Origin: a virus
IMG/VR virus record: IMGVR_UViG_3300021602_000003
Span: 102,257 to 166,256 of that record
DNA length: 64,000 nucleotides
Direction: 5' to 3' (one strand)
Position numbers and translations under genes: made by a program
Notes under the pieces: generated by a model
Databases searched by the model: none
What the model saw: only the letters and a program-made list of their open reading frames with translations
Told to the model about the DNA's origin: nothing
Shown here: piece by piece, positions 37,266 through 47,588 of the stretch
Position numbering within the stretch: position 1 is the first letter of the stretch
How the letters are laid out: each line of letters begins with the position of its first letter

Positions 37266-38015
37266 ATGTGCGTATGCATTATTTGTAAGAATCAGTTCCA
37301 ACCTAAAAATCCAAAAAGACCGTCCAAAACATGTTCTAAAGATTGCAAGAATCATTTGGCACACGAGATAACAACTAAACAATTTTCCGATTCGGAAGCA
37401 AGAGATATCCATCGTCAGAAAAGTTTAGAGCAAAAGAAATCCCCCGAATACATTAAAAGAAGTGAAGAAGGAATTAAACGCAGGACCGCTCGTTGGAAGA
37501 CTACCGGTTATCCTCGTGTAGGTATGCAGCACAGTATAGAATCTAAGAATGCTATCGGAAGGGCGAATACAGGCAGGTTTAAAGGAAAGACATGGGTAGA
37601 AATATATGGTCCAGAAGTGGCGGAAATACGGCGTAAACAAAACTCGTTGTCAATGAGTAAAAAGAATGAAGTATTGTTAAAAGATAGAAGAAGTAGTTTA
37701 GAAACTAAATTATTGCCATATCTCACAGATTATGAAAACAATATACAAGTAAGCTACTATACCGTTGACTTTATAAATAAGTCAACTAATCATATCATTG
37801 AAATTTACGGGGATTATTGGCATTGTAATCCTAAAATATATAAAGAGGACTACATACATCCATATCTGAAAATATCCGCACAAGAGAAGCAAAAATTAGA
37901 TAGCGAAAGAATTAAATATTTAGAACAGAAAGGATATAGTGTGACTATAGTATGGGAATCCGATTTAGACGAATTCATAAATGAATATTCACTAAGAAAC
38001 TCTATACTTTCGTAA
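37266..38015 (+). CDS. putative homing endonuclease (Zn finger, NUMOD3, Vsr/DUF559-like nuclease)
   Basis: C..C...TCS..C; HSIESK..IG; VDF...IIEIYGDYWH...GY.V..VWE. Confidence 0.8.
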   Translation: MCVCIICKNQFQPKNPKRPSKTCSKDCKNHLAHEITTKQFSDSEARDIHRQKSLEQKKSPEYIKRSEEGIKRRTARWKTTGYPRVGMQHSIESKNAIGRANTGRFKGKTWVEIYGPEVAEIRRKQNSLSMSKKNEVLLKDRRSSLETKLLPYLTDYENNIQVSYYTVDFINKSTNHIIEIYGDYWHCNPKIYKEDYIHPYLKISAQEKQKLDSERIKYLEQKGYSVTIVWESDLDEFINEYSLRNSILS

Positions 38016-38072
38016 AGATCAGTGTTACACTAGCTTAAATGCTAAGTAAAACACTAAGATTCAAGGAGTAAC

Positions 38073-38324
38073 ATGGCGAAACTATCACCAGAAAATATTG
38101 CACGATTGAAACAATTGGTTGCAGACGGAGTTCAGGTATTACAGGAATGTGAGGACTTGAAGGAAGGTTTAAGCGACACGGTTAAAGCAATAGCAGAAGA
38201 GTTAGAAGTAAAACCTGCACAACTAAACAAGTTGATAAAGGCTGTACAAAAAGGCACTATGAATGATCAGCGCGAAGCATTCGACGAGCTAGAAGAACTG
38301 TATAAAGCCGGAGGCTTAGGTTAA
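38073..38324 (+). CDS. dsDNA-binding protein (T4 DsbA-like)
   Basis: EDLKE.L.D.VKAIAEELEVKP..LNKLIK helical pattern; directly before polB. Confidence 0.55.
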   Translation: MAKLSPENIARLKQLVADGVQVLQECEDLKEGLSDTVKAIAEELEVKPAQLNKLIKAVQKGTMNDQREAFDELEELYKAGGLG

Positions 38325-41273
38325 GTGTATATTGATGCCTCCTTCAAGAGATCGGGCGAAGAAGAAACAATCAGGATAGTAGAAAGAATAAACGGGGCTC
38401 GTGTTTATAAAGAGTACCAACCTGATTTCCATTTCTTTGTCACTGATCCGCGTGGTTCACACAAAAGTATTTTTGGCGACGCAGTCAAAAAGGTAACGCC
38501 GCGCTCATTTGGCGAAAAACAAAAACTTGTTAAAACATTATCCAGTAATGTCAAGAGTTGGGAATCTGACGTAGATCCTGTCTTTCGATGTCTCGAACAT
38601 AATTATCACAGTGGCGAAGCACCTAAATTAAACGTAGCATTTTTCGATATAGAAACTAGTTTCGATAAAGAACGTGGTTGGTCTGATCCAGCCGATGCAG
38701 ATAATTACATAACAGCTATATCAGTACACTTACAGTGGCAGGATGAAATTATTTGTTTGGCTATTCCACCAGATACACATACCTGGGAAGAAGCAAATGA
38801 AATTGCTAATCAGGTAGGTAATACTGTATTATTCAAAGATGAAGGCGAGATGTTAAATGCCTTCATGGACATTGTAGAAGATGCCGATGTATTATCTGGA
38901 TGGAATTCGGAAGTATATGATATTCCGTATGTAGTTAATCGTATAAAGAAAGTTTTAGGAAAACAAGCGGCCCGAAAGCTATGTCTCTGGGAACAAATGC
39001 CTAAAGAAAGAAAATACGACAGAGGCGGAAAAGAAGCATTTACATACGATCTGATCGGTAGAATATCTATCGACTATATGCAAATTTATAAGAAGTTCAA
39101 CTATGAAGAACGGCATAGTTATGCGCTTAATGCAATTGCAGAAATTGAACTAGGCGAAACTAAAGTACAATATGAAGGTACTCTGGATGAATTATACAAT
39201 GACGATTTTAAGAAGTTTTTAGAGTATAACATACAAGATACACGACTGCTGGATCAGCTTGATAGAAAATTACAGTTTATTGATTTGGCTAATTCTATTG
39301 CACATTCGAGTTGTGTGTTAATTCAGACAATTATGGGTGTTGTGGCAGTTACTGATCAAAACATTCTTATAGAAGCGCATAATCGTAATATGGTGTGCCC
39401 GGATAAGAAGCACGGCGAAGATAGAGAAACTAGAGCAGCAGGCGGATGGGTAGCAACACCTAAGAAGGGTTTACATAGATGGATCGCTTCTACCGACATG
39501 AAGTCTCTGTATCCATCTGTTATTAGAACTCTTAATATGAGCCCTGAAATGATTATTGGGCAGATTAGATTGGATCGTACTAATCAAGCAATTGCTGACT
39601 GGGAAAAGAAAGGCGCAAAATATACATTTGCATCTTGGTGGAACGACAGATTTAATGTGCTAGAGATGGAAGATTTCTATAATCAAGATATCGGCACATC
39701 TATGATATTAGATATGGAAGATGGTTCCGAATTTGAAGTCACTGGTAAAGAACTTCATGACTTAATATTTGAGAGTGGACAGCCTTGGTGCATTAGCGCA
39801 AATGGCACAATATTCAAAACTGATACAGACGGTGTTATTCCTAGTCTATTAACTCGTTGGTATAACGAGCGTAAGATACTTCAAGGTCTCATGGTAAATT
39901 ATCAGGATATAGAAGATAATGCTAAGATCGACGGCGTAAAGGTTTCTGCAGATTTGTTTACGAACGATGACATAAGTGATGTAGAATCAAAGGCAGATCC
40001 TTTCCTGGATTCCGAAGCATATAAACCAAAGAAACTGAAAGAAATTATTTCCGAAGGTCATAAGAAGCGTGTTGTTCAATATATGAACCAACATAACTTA
40101 ATGGTAAAAGATGGTAAAGCAATTCATCGTGACCAGAAGTCACTGAAATCTATAATTGGTTTCTGGGATAAGAGACAGTTAGTTAAGAAAATTAACCTGA
40201 ACTCCGCATACGGCGCTTTGTTAAATGCTGGAAGCAGATTCTTTGATCAACGCCTCGGACAATCTACTACATTAACTGGCAGAACAATTACTAAACATAT
40301 GGCTGCTAAGACTAATGAGATGATAACAAATGAATATGATCATTATGGTAAGTGCATCGTATATGGCGATACTGACTCGTGTTATTTCTCCGCATATCCT
40401 ATTCTTAAAGAAGAGATTGATAGAGGTGAGATAGAGTGGACAAAGGAAAGCATTGTAGATTTGTACAATTCCTTAGCCAAGGCAGTATCTGCAACATTCC
40501 CGGAGTTCTTATTAGGAAGACTAAATGTGCCCATTAAGCGATCCACTGGTGTAATTGCTAGTTCTCGTGAAACAGTGTCCGAAACAGGATTATGGATTGT
40601 TAAGAAACGTTATGCTTGTCTTATGTATGATAAGGACGGAATTCGACTTGATGCCAGTGGCAAAGTAGGTAAAGTAAAGGCCATGGGTTTGGATTTAAAG
40701 AGGGCTGATACGCCTAAGTTTGTTCAAAAATTCTTATCAGAAATATTAATGGACACATTAACTGGTAAGGGAGAAAATGCTGTCATAGAAAAAATTAAGC
40801 TATTCAAGGAAACATTTGAAAGCATGAAGCCGTGGCAACAAGGTACTCCTCGCGCAGTTAATAGATTAACGCATTATAGAGAAAAGATCGAAGATGCCGG
40901 TGTTAAAAAGTTAAAGGGTATAGAATCCGGGAACTTGCATGTACCGGGTCATGTATCTGCTAGTCTTGCATGGAACAAGCTAAAGGAAATTAATCAAGAC
41001 CAACATGCAATGCGTATCGTCGACGGCCAAAAGATTATTGTTTGTAAGTTAAAAGAAACAACCGAAAATAGATTGTCTAGTATTGCATATCCTGTAGACG
41101 AAACACATTTACCGGAATGGTTCTTAAGTTTGCCATTCGACAGTGACGATATGATGGCAGGCATTGTCGATAAGAAGGTCGAAAATTTATTAGGTGTGCT
41201 TAAATGGGATCTTAGCAGAACCAACAAAGAACATGCACATCTGGAAATGTTGTTTGACTTCAGCAATTGCTGA
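38325..41273 (+). CDS. family B DNA polymerase
   Basis: Exonuclease motifs FDIET, GWN...YD, YN..D; polymerase motifs DMKSLYPS, K...NSAYG, YGDTDS, KKRY; GTG start. Confidence 0.97.
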   Translation: MYIDASFKRSGEEETIRIVERINGARVYKEYQPDFHFFVTDPRGSHKSIFGDAVKKVTPRSFGEKQKLVKTLSSNVKSWESDVDPVFRCLEHNYHSGEAPKLNVAFFDIETSFDKERGWSDPADADNYITAISVHLQWQDEIICLAIPPDTHTWEEANEIANQVGNTVLFKDEGEMLNAFMDIVEDADVLSGWNSEVYDIPYVVNRIKKVLGKQAARKLCLWEQMPKERKYDRGGKEAFTYDLIGRISIDYMQIYKKFNYEERHSYALNAIAEIELGETKVQYEGTLDELYNDDFKKFLEYNIQDTRLLDQLDRKLQFIDLANSIAHSSCVLIQTIMGVVAVTDQNILIEAHNRNMVCPDKKHGEDRETRAAGGWVATPKKGLHRWIASTDMKSLYPSVIRTLNMSPEMIIGQIRLDRTNQAIADWEKKGAKYTFASWWNDRFNVLEMEDFYNQDIGTSMILDMEDGSEFEVTGKELHDLIFESGQPWCISANGTIFKTDTDGVIPSLLTRWYNERKILQGLMVNYQDIEDNAKIDGVKVSADLFTNDDISDVESKADPFLDSEAYKPKKLKEIISEGHKKRVVQYMNQHNLMVKDGKAIHRDQKSLKSIIGFWDKRQLVKKINLNSAYGALLNAGSRFFDQRLGQSTTLTGRTITKHMAAKTNEMITNEYDHYGKCIVYGDTDSCYFSAYPILKEEIDRGEIEWTKESIVDLYNSLAKAVSATFPEFLLGRLNVPIKRSTGVIASSRETVSETGLWIVKKRYACLMYDKDGIRLDASGKVGKVKAMGLDLKRADTPKFVQKFLSEILMDTLTGKGENAVIEKIKLFKETFESMKPWQQGTPRAVNRLTHYREKIEDAGVKKLKGIESGNLHVPGHVSASLAWNKLKEINQDQHAMRIVDGQKIIVCKLKETTENRLSSIAYPVDETHLPEWFLSLPFDSDDMMAGIVDKKVENLLGVLKWDLSRTNKEHAHLEMLFDFSNC

Positions 41274-41278
41274 AACGT

Positions 41279-41307
41279 TTGACAACAGTCATGAAAAGTT
41301 ATACACT
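41279..41307 (+). promoter_or_regulatory. sigma70-type promoter
   Basis: TTGACA-17nt-TACACT. Confidence 0.7.
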
Positions 41308-41327
41308 AAACAAAAGGGAGATCTCAC

Positions 41328-42074
41328 ATGTTATTAGATTCATTTAAGGATATCATTAAGCACACAAATTCGTTAGGCTTTATTGATATGGTAAAAATTG
41401 TAGGTACAGCAACAGATGCAAAGATTGAAGCACTAGATGCAGATAAGACTGTTGTTATTTTTGGAACTATGTATCAGCCTATCGCAGGCATTGATTCTGT
41501 TGTGGGATTATCTCGCATTCCAGTGTTAAAGAGCTTCATCGACTTTCCTCCGTTCTCGGATCCTAAAGCTAAGACAGACATAGTTACGGAATCCCGACCA
41601 GGCGGTGCTACTGTTCCTTCAGGTATTGAATTCGACAGTGGTAAATCTACTGCAAATTATCGTTTCATGGGTGAGGCGATGGTTAACGAACAAATCAAAG
41701 TTCCGCCGTTCAAGGGTGCGACATGGAATGTAGTTATTACGCCGGAAAAGAAGAAGATTACAGAACTGTCTTATATGCAAGGTGCTTTGGGTTCCTTGGA
41801 AAAGAGATTTACAGTTAGTGTTGATAGCAAGAACACACTAGTATTTGCTGTGGGTTCTGGTCCTGCGGATAAGATGGATATTTCTTTCGCTGACAATGTA
41901 ACGGGTACATTGAAGCATCAGTGGTCGTGGCCTTTGTCGCAAGTTCTTAGTATCTTGAAATTAACAGAGACAGCTACAGCAACAATGAGCTTTTCCGATA
42001 TGGGTGTGATGAAGATTGACGTTGACAGCGGTATAGGAAAATATACATATCTTCTGCCAGCTGGTAAGGCTTAA
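41328..42074 (+). CDS. probable sliding clamp
   Basis: 248 aa, two-repeat beta/alpha pattern ending G...Y.YLLP; immediately after polB; clamp loader present. Confidence 0.6.
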   Translation: MLLDSFKDIIKHTNSLGFIDMVKIVGTATDAKIEALDADKTVVIFGTMYQPIAGIDSVVGLSRIPVLKSFIDFPPFSDPKAKTDIVTESRPGGATVPSGIEFDSGKSTANYRFMGEAMVNEQIKVPPFKGATWNVVITPEKKKITELSYMQGALGSLEKRFTVSVDSKNTLVFAVGSGPADKMDISFADNVTGTLKHQWSWPLSQVLSILKLTETATATMSFSDMGVMKIDVDSGIGKYTYLLPAGKA

Positions 42075-42086
42075 GGTCTGCACTAT

Positions 42087-43691
42087 ATGGCAAACAGGAT
42101 AAATTTTACAGAACGTCAAGAAGCAGGTGGCTGGGCAAAATTCTTGCCAGCTATCAGCGGTTTCTATACAACACATTTGGGTAAGGACCTATCGGACGAA
42201 ACCTTTGTTCCTGTAGAACGTCTACCGAAGGGGTTTGAATTTGGGTTGCAAGGTCTTAATTTCTTTGATCCGGATTACAGTTATTTTAACTATAAGTATG
42301 GATTATTTTCCGCAGGCCATGCTGAACGTAAGTTAGATAGGTGCGATGATAGAGAGCCTATGATTCACAGACGTCAGCGTGATAAAACGATTCTGGTAGG
42401 AGATTCGGGCGGTTTTCAGGTTGCTAAGGGTGTTATTAAGCTTGACTGGGCAACTGTGAAGGGTCCGGAAGGGGATAAATTAAGAGAAGAAATTCTTCGA
42501 TATTTAGAACATACATCCGACTGGAGTATGACACTCGATGTACCTGCGTTTGCTGCAACAGAGCCGTTCAGCGCAAAGACAGGACTTACTAAATTTGAAG
42601 ACACATTAGACGTCTCGATACACAATCTTCACTATTTTATTAAAAACAGGGTAATAGGCGCCACAAAATTCCTTAATGTGCTTTCCGGAAGCGATTCGGA
42701 TACATCTAAGAAGTGGTACGAGGGTGTAAAGGCATTTAGCGACAAACATAAAGTAGAACATGATCTGGGATATGATCCTGCAAGGACCTTCGAAGGATAT
42801 GCTTTTGCTGGTGTCAATATGCGTAATATGCAATGCACACTGGAGCGCCTTCTTAATCTTCGTGACGAGGGGTTATTAGAAGGTAAAGATTGGATTCACT
42901 TTCTTGGTGTGGGTAGATTAGATTGGGCATGTTATCTGACATCAATCGAACGGCAGCTTAAGAAACACATTAATCCCAATGTAAATATTAGTTTTGATGC
43001 TGCATCCCCGTTTGTTGCAGCCGGCGGATATGCATTATCATATACTTATAATCACCATACAACTAATAGATTAACTTATTCTATGGATAAGGGATTAGAC
43101 GATAAGCGACTTAAAGGGTCTAAAATGGCAATGCCGTTTGGTGGTCCCATTATGGAGAGAATAACAGCCGGTGATATATGCGTTATGGGTCCCGATGATG
43201 AGAACAAACATGGTAAGATAGGTAAAACGAGCTGGGATACTACTTCATATGCAATTATCATGGCGCACAATGTTCATAATCATCTAGAGGCTGTTCAGGA
43301 AGTCAACCGATTAGCAGATATGGAATATGCGAGAATGAAGCCGGTAGTTAAGAAAATTACTCCGTTGGGAGAATGTAGCTTATTTGATCACGATGCTATA
43401 GATGAAGCCGAATGGGAAAGATTCGATTATAGAAATTGGTACATGTATTTAAACAAGAATACCAAATTAAGCGAGTACATACCGAATTCAATATTATTGT
43501 TCAATGATTTTGCCGAGAAACTGTTTGATCCCGAAACAAAAGACCCATATAAGATGCTCAAAGACTATACGCTATTTCTTAAAGATATTAGTTTTGGAAG
43601 AGATGCAGATAATAATATGAATCTAGAAACTATGGATCCTCCGGAGATGTATCCAGACTACGATAAAGATGCAGCATCTGAAAATGAATGA
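42087..43691 (+). CDS. dpdA: TGT-fold transglycosylase, DpdA-like (7-deazaguanine insertion into DNA)
   Basis: GDSGGFQ, MTLDVP, IHFLG, SFDAASP, late H-N motif; folE, queD and queE in the same window. Confidence 0.72.
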   Translation: MANRINFTERQEAGGWAKFLPAISGFYTTHLGKDLSDETFVPVERLPKGFEFGLQGLNFFDPDYSYFNYKYGLFSAGHAERKLDRCDDREPMIHRRQRDKTILVGDSGGFQVAKGVIKLDWATVKGPEGDKLREEILRYLEHTSDWSMTLDVPAFAATEPFSAKTGLTKFEDTLDVSIHNLHYFIKNRVIGATKFLNVLSGSDSDTSKKWYEGVKAFSDKHKVEHDLGYDPARTFEGYAFAGVNMRNMQCTLERLLNLRDEGLLEGKDWIHFLGVGRLDWACYLTSIERQLKKHINPNVNISFDAASPFVAAGGYALSYTYNHHTTNRLTYSMDKGLDDKRLKGSKMAMPFGGPIMERITAGDICVMGPDDENKHGKIGKTSWDTTSYAIIMAHNVHNHLEAVQEVNRLADMEYARMKPVVKKITPLGECSLFDHDAIDEAEWERFDYRNWYMYLNKNTKLSEYIPNSILLFNDFAEKLFDPETKDPYKMLKDYTLFLKDISFGRDADNNMNLETMDPPEMYPDYDKDAASENE

Positions 43692-43923
43692 ACGATTACA
43701 AAAGGATCTTAGTTCTTTAGAGAACTTGATTGGCATACAAAGTGATTGCGTAATTGCGGGCGACCCTAGTGTACAATACATGCACGGAATGTTGAATGGG
43801 CTTATATGTGCCCATGCAATATTTTCAGACACTGATCCGGACTACCATGACAGGGGGTGTCGGCCTAAGCGCATTAAAATACGGCACAAAAGTAACGGAC
43901 TAAGATTAAGAAGGTTAGGATGA
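43684..43923 (+). CDS. hypothetical protein
   Basis: YMHGMLNGLI motif; overlaps the previous stop. Confidence 0.55.
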   Translation: MNERLQKDLSSLENLIGIQSDCVIAGDPSVQYMHGMLNGLICAHAIFSDTDPDYHDRGCRPKRIKIRHKSNGLRLRRLG

Positions 43924-43927
43924 AAAT

Positions 43928-44224
43928 ATGAAAAAGAAACTATACATTGTGGATACAATCTCTACATTTAGATGCCGTTATGTTATTGAAGCAAACGAGC
44001 TCGAACATGCCTATGACGAAGTAACAATGATTGATTCTGGTAATGAAGCGGATGTGTTTACAGAAGTAACACAACGTCACTTAGGCGAAACTATTATCGA
44101 TGGTAGAGAAATTACTAAGAAAGAATTCGACAATATGCTCAAAGACTTAGCAAAAGATGATAATGAAAATTGTTCTCATTGGATGGGTGATAAGTTGATT
44201 CGTGTTATCGACTATGACAGATAA
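43928..44224 (+). CDS. hypothetical protein
   Basis: ORF with AGGA RBS. Confidence 0.7.
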   Translation: MKKKLYIVDTISTFRCRYVIEANELEHAYDEVTMIDSGNEADVFTEVTQRHLGETIIDGREITKKEFDNMLKDLAKDDNENCSHWMGDKLIRVIDYDR

Positions 44225-44498
44225 GATAAAGCCTATCGGTATATCCGAAAGTATATCGATTAATTACATCCAGGATATCCGTCCTCGGGAGTATTTTAAG
44301 AACGTCAAAGATATGACTGAAGACGAGCGGGCAGACGAGATTGTTCGCCGTCTAAGCCAACCTTATAAAACACTCGACGAGCGTTTAGAAGATGAGATCT
44401 TGGCTGTTATGTCAGCAGAGATAACCAAAGAAATAGATAACGAAATAATAAAACAGATGCAAACAATGTATGGCGGCAAAAAGCATAGTTCATACTGA
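44214..44498 (+). CDS. hypothetical protein
   Basis: Overlapping operon ORF; C-terminal MSAEITKEIDNEII. Confidence 0.55.
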   Translation: MTDKIKPIGISESISINYIQDIRPREYFKNVKDMTEDERADEIVRRLSQPYKTLDERLEDEILAVMSAEITKEIDNEIIKQMQTMYGGKKHSSY

Positions 44499-44715
44499 TT
44501 TATTAGACAATGCGATTTCAGTAGGAAATCACGTCGCCTTTTGTAGAAATAATAATTTAGTATTGGGTGCGGTTATTAAAATAACACCTAAACTAATACG
44601 TGTTATATCTATATCGTCGTATGGTAAAAAGTCTTATCTTATATATCCAAAGCAAGCAATATTATTACAAGAATCAGATATGATAGTATATCTATTAAAA
44701 CATTCGGGAGATTAA
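44470..44715 (+). CDS. small SH3-like hypothetical protein
   Basis: D.L...ISVG..VAF.......G.V.KITPK. Confidence 0.6.
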   Translation: MAAKSIVHTDLLDNAISVGNHVAFCRNNNLVLGAVIKITPKLIRVISISSYGKKSYLIYPKQAILLQESDMIVYLLKHSGD

Positions 44716-45576
44716 ATGAAAGCATTATTGGCAGGGTTCGGCGGAATAGGCGCTAACGTCTATTGGCCCGAATTACAGAAGTTAGGTTACGATGTAGATG
44801 TATTAGATGCAAGAACAGATAATGCTACATATAGAGATGCATCGGAAATTAATAAAGCATACGATATAGCAGTAATCTGCACACCCAATTTTACGCATGG
44901 GCCTATCGCAGAACGATTGGCAGAGACAGGTACAAAACAAATCTTTGTAGAGAAACCGGGCCTTGTAGATTCGTGGGCATGGAGTCAACTTAAATATAAG
45001 TATGCCAACACAACATTCCATTTAGTAAAAAATAACTTGTATAGAGATAGTTATGGCGATATATTTGAATTAGTACGAAGCAAGAAAGTAATTGGTATCG
45101 ATATTAATTGGATAAACGATAATCGTATTCCTAACCCCGGTAGCTGGTTCACTGATAAGGATTCTTCCTTTGGCGGGATCTCGCGTGATTTAATGCCACA
45201 CCTGTATTGTTTTGCTGTAAAATTATTTGGTGAAGATATTATAAAGAAAACATCATTCAAACAATCCAGTTACCAGAGATGGAATCTTTCGTCAATTTCT
45301 TCCACAGATTACGGGACAGTTTATCCTAACGGTGTATATGATGTAGATGATACAGCATTTGCAATAACAACAATAAATGGCATTTCTGTAAAACTATATG
45401 CAGCCTGGAAAGAGGGATACGATAAACAATCTATCACTTTGTACTTTAAAGATGGCACAACATATGAATGGGTGTTTGGATTATGCCCCGCAGAAGCATA
45501 CGGTAAAATGTTAACAAATACATCCGATAGCTATTCACTGGATTTAGAAATTCATAGATTTTTGGAGAGATTTTAA
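44716..45576 (+). CDS. Gfo/Idh/MocA family oxidoreductase
   Basis: GFGGIG, ICTPNFTH, VEKP, GG..RDL..H. Confidence 0.85.
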   Translation: MKALLAGFGGIGANVYWPELQKLGYDVDVLDARTDNATYRDASEINKAYDIAVICTPNFTHGPIAERLAETGTKQIFVEKPGLVDSWAWSQLKYKYANTTFHLVKNNLYRDSYGDIFELVRSKKVIGIDINWINDNRIPNPGSWFTDKDSSFGGISRDLMPHLYCFAVKLFGEDIIKKTSFKQSSYQRWNLSSISSTDYGTVYPNGVYDVDDTAFAITTINGISVKLYAAWKEGYDKQSITLYFKDGTTYEWVFGLCPAEAYGKMLTNTSDSYSLDLEIHRFLERF

Positions 45577-46478
45577 TGAAGACAAGACTTTTTTATACAA
45601 CCGGTAAACAAGACATCGTAGAAGAGGAATGGGATAAACCCGAACCTAAATCGAATGAAATCGAAGTAAAGTCTGTCTATACTGGTGTTTGTCGTTCCGA
45701 CATCGATATGTATTGTGGTACATTTCAGATGCTACCCAAGACTATACAAGGACACGAAAGTCTGGGTGTAGTTACTAAGGTAGGTAAAGATATAACAACC
45801 GTTAAGGAAGGTGACTATGTTGGCACTCGTGGAGAGCCAGCATTTGCAGATTATTATAACTGCCCGGATAAGATGTTTGTTAAGGTCCCCGATTGTAATC
45901 CTAGATTTATTTTAGAACCTATCGCTTGCGGCATTAACATTGCAAAGAGTATAGTGCCGACTACAAATACAGATATTTTATTGTTAGGTACGGGATTTTT
46001 AGCAACAGTTGTTTATACAATACTCGACAGATATTGGGAAAATAAAGTAGTTGTAGTCGGCGAAGCCAACAAAGATTTCTGGTCAAAACAGAATAATGCA
46101 GAAGTGAAACAATTAAAAGATGTCCAGAATAAAGGCTTCGAATATATCATAGACTTATCTGATAAACCAGAGTATCTGAACTTGAATGTTTATAAGGAAC
46201 GTGCTATAATTGTACTTGCTGCAGAAAAGCATCCGCCAGCAGTAACATCGTTCTCACAGTTCCTCTGGAACGCAGTAGATGTGAAGTTTCCAAGTCCGAG
46301 AAACGAATCATTCTACAGTGCAATGGTATTGGCAGAAGAACTGCTAAGATATGGTGATTTGGATGTAAGCGGATTATGGACAAAGTCGTATGATAGGGAG
46401 ACGCAAGTTAAACTAGCATTCGAAGAAGGGCTTAACCGGCCGCAGAATTATTCCAGAGGATATATAGAATGGAAGTAA
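45576..46478 (+). CDS. MDR/zinc-type alcohol dehydrogenase-like protein
   Basis: GVCRSD, GHES.G.V..VG......GD.V, EP.AC, GTGFL. Confidence 0.85.
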   Translation: MKTRLFYTTGKQDIVEEEWDKPEPKSNEIEVKSVYTGVCRSDIDMYCGTFQMLPKTIQGHESLGVVTKVGKDITTVKEGDYVGTRGEPAFADYYNCPDKMFVKVPDCNPRFILEPIACGINIAKSIVPTTNTDILLLGTGFLATVVYTILDRYWENKVVVVGEANKDFWSKQNNAEVKQLKDVQNKGFEYIIDLSDKPEYLNLNVYKERAIIVLAAEKHPPAVTSFSQFLWNAVDVKFPSPRNESFYSAMVLAEELLRYGDLDVSGLWTKSYDRETQVKLAFEEGLNRPQNYSRGYIEWK

Positions 46479-47587
46479 AACCGACAATTTGGATTTTTAG
46501 TATAGAGCCTATAGAGACTAGATATACGGGGCAATGGCATAGTCATGTCCCTGCTATGTTAGAAGAACAATGCGGACATAAATTCAACATAGTTCAAGTA
46601 GATGGAATTCAAAAAAATACACAAGTCACTCCGGGTGCGTTTTTAAACTTCTCGGATACTAATTATTGGAAAAGTTCACAGTTGTGTAACTGGACAGAAT
46701 TCTATAATAGCGGTAAGGTAACACCCGACGATCATTTCTTATTCACAGATGCGTGGAATCCCACAGTTGTTCAACTAAGATACATGAATGACTTGTTGGG
46801 GCATAATTGGACATTTCACGGACTATGGCATGCAGGCAGTTACGATCCCCATGACTTTCTGGGACGCCTTGTAGGTGATAAGCCTTGGGTTAGATACGCT
46901 GAAAAGAGTTTCTATCACGCTTTTGATCACAACTACTTTGCTACTAAATTTCACATCGACATGTTTGTGGACAATTTGTTAGAAAACGGATTAGCTGAGA
47001 ATCCATGGCACGAAGAAGATAAGTTAGGCATGATCGCAGATAAGAAAATCGTACGTACAGGTTGGCCAATGGAATATATGCCCAACCTGTTTAATGGGTA
47101 CGATTTTAGCGAAAAAGAAGATATCATTATATTCCCACATAGACTCGCACCAGAAAAGCAAGTAGAAATATTTAGGGATCTGGCAGCATCACTTCCAGAA
47201 TATAAATTTATTGTGTGCCAGGATAATAAGCTAACTAAGCACGAATATCATAAATTATTAGCTAAGTCGAAAATTATGTGGTCGGCCAATTTACAAGAGA
47301 CATTAGGGATAAGTCCCCTCGAAGGTGCATTATTAGGTGTTATACCAATGTTACCAGATAGATTAAGTTATTCAGAGATGTATGACAAAAGATACTTATA
47401 TCCGGATGAGTGGACAAGTAGCATGGAAGACTATTATAAACATAAAGACGATATTGTGACATTGATAAAGAACACAATGGGACAATACGACATTATTAGC
47501 AAAGATACAAGGGACAGATTAGCCCCCGAATTACTGAAGGAATACTTCACAGCAACCGGTTTAATAAACCAATTATTAAGGATATGA
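46469..47587 (+). CDS. GT-B (GT4-like) glycosyltransferase
   Basis: FPHRLAPEKQ, QETLGISPLEG (Ex7E), P..P...SY.E. Confidence 0.78.
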   Translation: MEVKPTIWIFSIEPIETRYTGQWHSHVPAMLEEQCGHKFNIVQVDGIQKNTQVTPGAFLNFSDTNYWKSSQLCNWTEFYNSGKVTPDDHFLFTDAWNPTVVQLRYMNDLLGHNWTFHGLWHAGSYDPHDFLGRLVGDKPWVRYAEKSFYHAFDHNYFATKFHIDMFVDNLLENGLAENPWHEEDKLGMIADKKIVRTGWPMEYMPNLFNGYDFSEKEDIIIFPHRLAPEKQVEIFRDLAASLPEYKFIVCQDNKLTKHEYHKLLAKSKIMWSANLQETLGISPLEGALLGVIPMLPDRLSYSEMYDKRYLYPDEWTSSMEDYYKHKDDIVTLIKNTMGQYDIISKDTRDRLAPELLKEYFTATGLINQLLRI

Positions 47588-47588
47588 T

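Noticed and set aside
39540-40170. Intein or intron in polB
   Set aside because: The frame is continuous, with no Cys/Ser...His-Asn splice junctions and no endonuclease motifs.
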